Assembly: GCA_965247115.1 (NCBI GenBank)
Contig: CBDFGR010000003.1
Location: 1,440,001-1,504,000 of the forward strand
Source: Myxococcota bacterium
GTDB lineage: Bacteria; Myxococcota_A; UBA9160; SZUA-336
Reading direction: 5' to 3'
DNA: 64,000 nt
Below, one piece after another: positions 57,380-64,000 of this stretch (position 1 is its first letter; each line of letters begins with the position of its first letter). The notes beneath the pieces were generated by a model, which saw only the letters and a list, made by a program, of their open reading frames with translations, made no database searches and had not been told where the DNA came from. The position numbers were made by a program, and so were the translations under genes.

Positions 57380-58447
57380 ATGGAGTTTGGGATTTTCTCC
57401 ACGATTGATGTTCGCCCGGACCGCGGGCAAACGGAAGTGGACTCTACCGAGAACTTCTTGACGCAGTGTGAGTATGCGGAGGAGTTAGGATATGACAGCG
57501 TCTGGCTTGCCGAGCAGCGGTTCTTCCCTGGGTATTCCTGTTCGCCGGCGCCGGAGTTGTTGGCGGCAGCCTTGAGCCAGCGGACCCAGCGAGTCCGGAT
57601 CGGGTTCGCCGTATTGCTTCTGCCCTACCATCACCCGATTCATACGGCCGGGAAGATGGCCACGCTGGACATCCTGACCCGGGGACGGGTGGACTTTGGC
57701 CTTGGGCGGGGAGCGAATCCCCTGGAGGCCGATGTGCTGGGTGTTCCGCTGGCTGACAGTCGAGAGACCTTTTCGGAGCATCTGGAGGTTGTGCTCAAGG
57801 CGTTTACACAGGAGAAGTTCACGCACCGCGGGGTGCACTATGATGTTCCGGAGGAAATCTCTCTCATTCCCAAGCCGGTGCAGAAGCCGCACCCACCGGT
57901 TTGGGTCGCGGCCATCCAGGGCAGTACCGCAGATATCGTCGGAGAGATAGGTCACGGTCTGCAATTGGCCTCGCACTACGCCACGTTTGAGGAGGTCAAG
58001 GAATCTATCGAGCGGTATCGAGCGGCCTTCAAGAAAGCGGGGCATCGGCACAAGCCCCGAGTCGCCGTGTTGTCGGAGGTCTTCGTAGACACGACAAAGA
58101 AGAAGGCACAGGAGGTCGCCGCGGAGTGTTACGTTTGGAACGCCAAGTACACGGGTAAGATCCTGAAGTCGCTAGGGTCCAAACCGATCAAGAGCTACGA
58201 GGGATACTACGAGATGGCCCAGGCGGGCGGAATCCCGGACGAGAAGATGACCTTCGACGCGCTGCAGGAAGTCAATTCGATCGTCGTCGGCGACCCGGAC
58301 TACTGTATCGAGAGACTCAAGGCTTTTGAGGGACTGGGAGTAGACCTGCATATCTCTTGGACGCAAGCGGGCGGGATGCCTCACGAGAAGGTGATGGACT
58401 CGATGAAGCTATTCTCGGAGAAGGTCATACTGGCCCTTCACGTTTAG
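57380..58447 (+). CDS. LLM-class flavin-dependent oxidoreductase
   Basis: GYDSVWLAEQRF, GRVDFGLGRG, PKPVQKPHPPVW. Confidence 0.9.
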   Translation: MEFGIFSTIDVRPDRGQTEVDSTENFLTQCEYAEELGYDSVWLAEQRFFPGYSCSPAPELLAAALSQRTQRVRIGFAVLLLPYHHPIHTAGKMATLDILTRGRVDFGLGRGANPLEADVLGVPLADSRETFSEHLEVVLKAFTQEKFTHRGVHYDVPEEISLIPKPVQKPHPPVWVAAIQGSTADIVGEIGHGLQLASHYATFEEVKESIERYRAAFKKAGHRHKPRVAVLSEVFVDTTKKKAQEVAAECYVWNAKYTGKILKSLGSKPIKSYEGYYEMAQAGGIPDEKMTFDALQEVNSIVVGDPDYCIERLKAFEGLGVDLHISWTQAGGMPHEKVMDSMKLFSEKVILALHV

Positions 58448-58492
58448 CCGATTGATAGGCTCCGGCGGTTCGCACGGAGCTGGAGAACGCCC

Positions 58493-59614
58493 ATGAGCGA
58501 GTACACCGAGCGCTTGATCTCCGCCGATTCCCACGTCGTGGAACCCGCCGACCTCTGGACCACTCGGATGGATCGAGCCTGGCGCGATCGCGCACCGCGG
58601 ATTACCACGCTGGCCGACGGATGCGACTACATCGTGATCGACGGTCTGCGCCCACGCCCGATCGCCTTCGAGGGGGCGATGGCGGATCTCAAGGCCCAAG
58701 GGCTCGAGATCCCCGCGCCCAAGGGGTATCGATACGAAGACAATCGACCCGGGTGCTGGGATCCCGACGAGCGCATCAAGGACCAGGATCTCGACGGGGT
58801 GTCGGGCGAGGTGATCTATCCCGGAGTCGGCCTGACCCTCGTGCGCGCGCCCGACGCGGAATACCTCTACGCCAGCTGCCGCGCGTACAACGACTGGCTC
58901 GCAGAGTTCTGCGGCGCCTACCCGGAGCGCCTCAAGGGCGTCGCGATGCTGCCCAACCGCGGACCCATCGACTGGGCGATCAGCGAAGCGGAGCGCGCGG
59001 CAAAGCTCGGCTTTGAAAGTGTCATGCTCCCGGCTTGGAATGACGACGTGCCCTACAACTTGCCCGACTGGGATCCGCTCTGGGCCACCCTTCAGGACAT
59101 GGGCGTGGTGGCGAGCATCCACATCGGGGGTCGCGAAACCTATGGCAAGGCACACGGTCCCGGGGCCGGGGGCATCATCATCAGCCAGCTGCGCATCGAG
59201 ATGAGCGACCCACTGCTACGCCTGATCTGGGGCGGTGCGGCTGCGCGCTTCCCCGATATGCGCTGGGCCCTGGTCGAGAGCGGCATCGGCTGGATCGCGA
59301 ACGTGCTGGGCTTCATGGATCACTGGTGGACCGACCACCGCGGCTGGCTCGAACCCAAGCTCGACCTTCCCCCGACCGAATACTTCCGGCGCCAGTTCTA
59401 CGCGACCTTCGAAGACGACCGCGCGGGCGTGCTCACGCGCGAACTGATGGGCGAGGAGAATCTCATGTGGGGCTCCGACTACCCCCACACCGAAGGCGTG
59501 TGGCCATTCTCCCGGAAGCTCGTCGCGCAGAACTTCGCTGGAATCGACGCGGAGGCTACCCGAAAGATAGTCCACGACAACGCGGTCAAGCTGTACGGCT
59601 TTCCCTCGGGCTAG
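58493..59614 (+). CDS. amidohydrolase_2 family protein
   Basis: ISADSHVVEP, AYNDWL, ESGIGW, WGSDYPH. Confidence 0.92.
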   Translation: MSEYTERLISADSHVVEPADLWTTRMDRAWRDRAPRITTLADGCDYIVIDGLRPRPIAFEGAMADLKAQGLEIPAPKGYRYEDNRPGCWDPDERIKDQDLDGVSGEVIYPGVGLTLVRAPDAEYLYASCRAYNDWLAEFCGAYPERLKGVAMLPNRGPIDWAISEAERAAKLGFESVMLPAWNDDVPYNLPDWDPLWATLQDMGVVASIHIGGRETYGKAHGPGAGGIIISQLRIEMSDPLLRLIWGGAAARFPDMRWALVESGIGWIANVLGFMDHWWTDHRGWLEPKLDLPPTEYFRRQFYATFEDDRAGVLTRELMGEENLMWGSDYPHTEGVWPFSRKLVAQNFAGIDAEATRKIVHDNAVKLYGFPSG

Positions 59615-59679
59615 GGCTTGTCAAGCGCCCATCCGCGAGTCGATCGACCGTCGCAACGGTTTCGGCTAGCGCTAATGGC

Positions 59680-59835
59680 TTAGCGAGTGGCAACGTAGTA
59701 GATCACGTAGAGCCAGGAGAGTACGCCGTGAACGATCGCCCACAGGATTGACGAGTTATTGGACCAGGAGATGACGATCGCCAGCGCCGCGCCGAATCCG
59801 ATCCCGGATCTCGCGACCTCGGCTCTTACTGCCAT
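59680..59835 (-). CDS. 51-aa membrane protein
   Basis: MAVRAEVARSGIGFGAALAIVISWSNNSSILWAIVHGVLSWLYVIYYVATR; GGAAGG RBS; below the ORF-track length cut-off. Confidence 0.75.
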   Translation of the reverse strand: MAVRAEVARSGIGFGAALAIVISWSNNSSILWAIVHGVLSWLYVIYYVATR

Positions 59836-60006
59836 AAGCGCTTCCTTCCGCTAATCCGCCTAGTATGCCGAGCGCGTCTGCGGGTGCAAAAGGCGAGGGA
59901 GAAGAAGCCCCACGTCAGCCAGTCGGCAACGCGAGCTTCCACCCGCGGACCAGGTACGTACGCTTGACGCCAGGCGCCCGCAGCGCCGATGCTACCGGGA
60001 TCGGCT

Positions 60007-60753
60007 ATGCGTACTCTCGCAAGAACTCCACATCCGCTCGCATTCGGCCACGGACGCAGGGGCGGCGCGCCTGCCTTGCGATCCGGCCCGCGAGTCCGCG
60101 CGATCTACGCGGCCAGCATCCTCGTGGCCGGCGTGCTTGCGCTCGTCTATCTCGCAGGGCTGGTTCAGCTGCTCGCCGCGGCGTCCCCGCCGGCACTCGC
60201 CGCGGGGCTGTTTGTGGGAGCGCTCGGCGCCGACCTGCTCACAGCGATGATTCACTGGGCGTGCGACACCTGGGGGAGCGAGGAGACGCCGTGGGTCGGA
60301 GCGGGGCTCATCAAGGGCTTTCGCGACCATCACGTCGATCCGCAAGGTATAGCTTGGCACGACTGGATCGAGGTGAACGGTGTGGCGGCGCTCGCAGCCA
60401 CCGCTGGCTTTCTGCTCTTCTCACCGTTTGCCTGGCAACTCGCGTCGGGAGGGCAGGTCTTCTGGTACGCAGGTTTGTGTTCGCTGATCTGCGTCGCTGC
60501 CGCTGCCAACCAACTTCACAAATGGGCGCACGTCCGAAACCCTCCGGCCGTCGTTCGCGGTCTTCAGCGGCTCGGCGCGATCCTTTCGGCCGGCTCTCAC
60601 GCCCAGCATCACCGGTCGCCTACCAAGCGCTACTGCGTCTCGTTGGGCTGGCTGAACGGTACGCTCGACAGCTTCCGCTTCTGGAGGAGTCTCGAGAGAT
60701 GCGTAGAAGCGGTCATGGGTGCTGAAGCTCGCAGCGGCACGGAGAGAACATGA
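60007..60753 (+). CDS. CarF/TMEM189-family desaturase (plasmanylethanolamine desaturase-like)
   Basis: HWACDTWG, FRDHHVDP, HKWAH, HAQHH, YC...GWLN. Confidence 0.88.
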   Translation: MRTLARTPHPLAFGHGRRGGAPALRSGPRVRAIYAASILVAGVLALVYLAGLVQLLAAASPPALAAGLFVGALGADLLTAMIHWACDTWGSEETPWVGAGLIKGFRDHHVDPQGIAWHDWIEVNGVAALAATAGFLLFSPFAWQLASGGQVFWYAGLCSLICVAAAANQLHKWAHVRNPPAVVRGLQRLGAILSAGSHAQHHRSPTKRYCVSLGWLNGTLDSFRFWRSLERCVEAVMGAEARSGTERT

Positions 60754-61265
60754 AGCTTGTCGACTGGCTGGCCGAACACGTTACCGATGATCCAAAGGCC
60801 ATGGAATGGTTCAACGAATCGGGATCGGACGAACGCATTGCGCTCGCGTACAAAGAGCTGCTCTGCGGCTACGAGATCGATCCGGCCAAGATCCTCAAGA
60901 CCACCCGCATGCTGCGCGAGGACGAGCGGCCCGGCCTCATCGAGGTCGTGGAGATCGACTTTCACTCGATCTGCGCCCACCACTTCCTGCCCTTCTTTGG
61001 AAAGGTCGACCTCGCCTATGTGCCCGGCGACAGAATCCTGGGCCTCGGCAAGCTCCCCCGGCTGGTGGATGCCCATGCTCGGCGCTTTCAGATCCAGGAG
61101 GATCTGGTTCGGGAGGTCGCGCACGCGATGATGGACCACGGCCACGCACAGGGAGTGAGGGTCCGGGCCCGTGCGCAACATCTGTGCATGTGCAGCCGTG
61201 GACCCTCCAGTGCGGGGTCCATTACGCACACGGAGTACGCGCTTGGGTGTATGGAGGAGGCGTAG
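60750..61265 (+). CDS. folE: divergent GTP cyclohydrolase I
   Basis: SICAHHFLPFFG, GLGKLPR, RRFQIQE, HLCMCSRG; ATGA overlap with the desaturase. Confidence 0.85.
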   Translation: MKLVDWLAEHVTDDPKAMEWFNESGSDERIALAYKELLCGYEIDPAKILKTTRMLREDERPGLIEVVEIDFHSICAHHFLPFFGKVDLAYVPGDRILGLGKLPRLVDAHARRFQIQEDLVREVAHAMMDHGHAQGVRVRARAQHLCMCSRGPSSAGSITHTEYALGCMEEA

Positions 61266-62172
61266 TCCCCAATGCCAGGCTCTGCGCGCGGCGCTCTGCG
61301 CCTTGGCCTTCGCGATTGCCGCGGATGCCGGAGGCTCGGAGTTGGCGCGCGATGTGGATGCGAGCACCGGAGAAGCACTTGCGTTTGCGCTTCACGCTGC
61401 GCCGCTTCGCAGCCTCGACATTTCGGCGCTGTCTCGGATCGTCGAACCGAGTGTGCTTCGCGTCTTCGAGCCCCACGAGGAACGCGAGGCCGAGTTCCGC
61501 GCGATCCCGTTCGCCTCCGTGCTCGATTTCCTCTACGGCGACGACTGGAGCGCGCAGCCGGAGTTGCTGCTCCTTTTCACCTGCAGTGACGGCTACCAGC
61601 CCACGATTCCGGTGCAGCGCGTGCTGGAGCACGGAGCCTGGCTGGCGTTCGACCGCGTGGGCCAGGATGGCTTCTCCATCCGCAAGCTCGAGTCCGGCAG
61701 CCGAAAGAGGATCGATCTCTCGCCCTTCTACCTCATCTGGGACAACCTCGAGAGCGCACAGCTCCGCGAGGAGGCCGATTACGGCTGGCCGTACCAGCTG
61801 GTGGGCGTGGACCTCGTGCGAAGCCGCGACCGCTTTCCCCGTTCCGCGCCGGCCGAGGACGCCGCCCCCGAGGTCATCGCCGGCTACGCGGCCTTCGGTG
61901 TTCACTGCAATCGCTGCCACGCGATGAACGGCGAGGGCGGAGCGATCGGCCCCGAGCTCAACTCTCCGAGCAATCCGATCGAGTATCGGGAGCTCGACTG
62001 GCTGCGCAGCTGGATCGACGATCCCGCAAAGATCGTTCCGACCAGCCGGATGCCTCGCCTGAACCCGGCGCTCCGCAATCGAGGCGAGACCATCGAGAGC
62101 CTGCTCGCCTACATGGGCGCCATGTCAAAGCGCAAGCTCGAGCCAGAGAGGGAGCCCCCGGGTGCCCCCTGA
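61243..62172 (+). CDS. exported monoheme cytochrome c with N-terminal Oxidored_molyb-like domain
   Basis: Signal peptide; CSDGYQPTIP, PFYLIW, WPYQL; CNRCH, GPELN, SRMP; TTG start inferred from GGAG RBS. Confidence 0.8.
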   Translation: MGVWRRRSPQCQALRAALCALAFAIAADAGGSELARDVDASTGEALAFALHAAPLRSLDISALSRIVEPSVLRVFEPHEEREAEFRAIPFASVLDFLYGDDWSAQPELLLLFTCSDGYQPTIPVQRVLEHGAWLAFDRVGQDGFSIRKLESGSRKRIDLSPFYLIWDNLESAQLREEADYGWPYQLVGVDLVRSRDRFPRSAPAEDAAPEVIAGYAAFGVHCNRCHAMNGEGGAIGPELNSPSNPIEYRELDWLRSWIDDPAKIVPTSRMPRLNPALRNRGETIESLLAYMGAMSKRKLEPEREPPGAP

Positions 62173-62842
62173 CGCCGGCGTCTTTGAGACCTTCTACAAC
62201 GGACCGCTCCAGCACCCCGGTTTCTTGTGGATCGCCGCGGGGCTCGCGCTGGGCTTGTGCCTGTCGCGGCAGGGACTCCATCCGAGCCTGCGTGGCTACT
62301 GTGCGTTGCTCGGGCTGGTCTCGATCCTGGACGCCTGGCTCACCTCGGCCCACGTCTTCGGGTTGGGGGCACTGCCTTCGTCGCTGGCAAGCATCGTCCC
62401 GCTCTTCTTCGTCCTGGCCGGGGACTTCCGCTACCTGCTGGTGGTGTGGGCGGGAACGGCCGACGGCCGCCTCGCGCTGCGCCGCCGGAGCGTGCTCAGC
62501 GCGCTGGCGTTGACCGTGGTCGTCCCGCTGTCGACGCAGGTCGTGCTCAGCGCACTGCCCGAAACGATGAGCGGCGCCCGGGTCTTGTTCCTGATCTACG
62601 AGCTGTCGTTCACTGGGCTGACCCTGGCCCTTCTACGCTGGCATCCGAGCGCTCGCTCTCGGGGCTGGATTCGATCGTTGAGCTGGTTCGTGGTGCTGTA
62701 CTACGGATTGTGGGCCACGGCGGACATCATTATCCTCGGAACCGGATCGGACCTCGGCTACCTGCTGCGGATGCTCCCCAATCTTCTCTACTACGGTGGG
62801 CTCATCGCCGCGATCGGGTTGTCTGCGCCGAGGGCCTCTTGA
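62162..62842 (+). CDS. polytopic membrane protein of unknown function
   Basis: About seven hydrophobic segments; overlaps both neighbours. Confidence 0.78.
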   Translation: MPPDAGVFETFYNGPLQHPGFLWIAAGLALGLCLSRQGLHPSLRGYCALLGLVSILDAWLTSAHVFGLGALPSSLASIVPLFFVLAGDFRYLLVVWAGTADGRLALRRRSVLSALALTVVVPLSTQVVLSALPETMSGARVLFLIYELSFTGLTLALLRWHPSARSRGWIRSLSWFVVLYYGLWATADIIILGTGSDLGYLLRMLPNLLYYGGLIAAIGLSAPRAS

Positions 62843-63114
62843 ATCCGCGCAAGCTTGTCGCCTGGCTGCCCGCGCTGATTCTCCCCGGCGCGACCATCGC
62901 TCAGCTCCTGACGCTTGTGGAATCGGGGAGCGCGGAGAACGTGAGCCCGGTCACCTGGTTCATGTTCATGCTGGCCAACATCGGCGCGCTCTACCTTGGC
63001 AAGCCCCAGAGCGCGCTCGCCCGGCTCCAGATGGCGCTGGCCTTTGGATTGACCGCCCTGCTCGATCTGATCATCGTCGCGATCGTGATCGTCTACCAGG
63101 TGGGCGCGGAGTAG
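62839..63114 (+). CDS. three-TM SemiSWEET/PQ-loop-like protein
   Basis: TTGA overlap; LPG..AQL...GSAENVS...W pattern; 91 aa. Confidence 0.6.
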   Translation: MNPRKLVAWLPALILPGATIAQLLTLVESGSAENVSPVTWFMFMLANIGALYLGKPQSALARLQMALAFGLTALLDLIIVAIVIVYQVGAE

Positions 63115-63262
63115 TATGGGGATCGACGCGGCCAGATTCGCGGAGCATGACGGTCGACGGGGGAGGGGCGGGCCGCCGCGGATCTGGTAGATTCGGTCAT
63201 CCATGGCGTCGCACGCGCAGCACACGAACGACATGCGCGCCACCGTCGCCGAGGGGTAGCTC

Positions 63263-64000
63263 GTGTACCTGATCCTGCTTGCCGCCCTGGTGGGTTCCGG
63301 AGCATGGCTCGTGATGGGAGGGGTTCGCCGTTCCCACCGTCCTCAGATTCGCCTCGGTATCTGCTGGCTCGTGGTCACCGTACTGTTGTTTGCTCTCCTC
63401 AGCTTCTGGGCCGAGATGCTCTGGTTCGGTGCCGTTGGGTACGCAGACCGCTTCTGGACGCTGGTTGCGACGAGGGTGGGAATGCTCGCGCTCGGTGCCG
63501 CGTTGGGAGGCCTCGGTGTTCACCTGCTGACGAGTCCTCTGGCGAAGACGGGCACGGCCTCCCGGACCTCGCTCGACCTGGTCGGTGGCTTCGGCGGAGG
63601 CATTTGGGGCTACGAGAGCTGGAACGAGGTCCTGCTCTTCGCGAACCGCGTACCGACGGAGCTGCGGGAGCCGATCTTCGGCCTCGAGGTCGGCTTCTAC
63701 ATGCTCGAGCTCCCGCTCTACGATCGCTTGTTCTGGCTGCTCTTGTGGATTTGCGGCGTGAGCCTGATTGCTGCCGTCGCGGCATCGTTCAGCCAGCGCG
63801 CGGACGGAACCATCCAGCTGCGTCGGCGGCGCGAGTTCGAAGGGGCTCGAGTTCATCCGATACTACTGATTGGTGCCGCCCTCGCCGTGGTGGTGACCTA
63901 TGGCACGGTCCTCGAAGCGTTCCACCTGCTGTACTCAACATGGGGAGTGGTAGCGGGCGCGGGCTGGAGCGACCTGCACATCCGCCTGCCGGCCCTCGTG
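63263..64000 (+). CDS. UPF0182-family membrane protein (5' part, runs off window)
   Basis: LWFGAVGYADRFW, EPIFGLEVGFYMLELP, GAGWSDLHIRLP. Confidence 0.85.
   Translation, partial: MYLILLAALVGSGAWLVMGGVRRSHRPQIRLGICWLVVTVLLFALLSFWAEMLWFGAVGYADRFWTLVATRVGMLALGAALGGLGVHLLTSPLAKTGTASRTSLDLVGGFGGGIWGYESWNEVLLFANRVPTELREPIFGLEVGFYMLELPLYDRLFWLLLWICGVSLIAAVAASFSQRADGTIQLRRRREFEGARVHPILLIGAALAVVVTYGTVLEAFHLLYSTWGVVAGAGWSDLHIRLPALV

Noticed and set aside
60750..61265. folE as part of a 7-deazaguanine DNA modification cluster
   Set aside because: No queC/D/E or dpd genes nearby.
61272..61589. ATG 61272 behind GGAGGAGG as cytochrome start, implying a frameshift
   Set aside because: In-frame TTG 61243 with GGAG gives a complete signal peptide, so no frameshift is needed, though it is not excluded.
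63116..63260. Short ORF fragments between the operon and the UPF0182 gene
   Set aside because: No continuous frame or recognisable motif.

Overview
High-GC bacterial chromosome segment, probably Myxococcota or a related deltaproteobacterium (inferred from the ffs-dnaX-ybaB-recR-mglB-mglA synteny and a CarF-like desaturase). The left part is core genome: priA-def-fmt-rsmB-rpe, a CAT-anticodon tRNA, rbsK, mglBA, recR, dnaX, SRP RNA and a two-component pair. The middle holds two RND efflux pairs, LLM/F420-type oxidoreductases, glycosyltransferases, an A/T-richer insert, a patch of intact and decayed toxin-antitoxin and IS110 sequences, and a complete IS5-type element. After a Ser-Ser-Arg(GCG) tRNA cluster comes an accessory region with a tmRNA-like att remnant, a CxxC-HEPN-like gene and a coupled carF-like/folE-like/cytochrome c/membrane-protein operon. 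The best candidates for undescribed biology are (i) that desaturase-pterin-cytochrome c operon and (ii) a REP-like palindrome family (core AACTTRGGGACGGTCCTTA) whose copies sit at local C-rich to G-rich skew switches regardless of gene orientation. All family calls are from motif recognition by eye; no searches were run.
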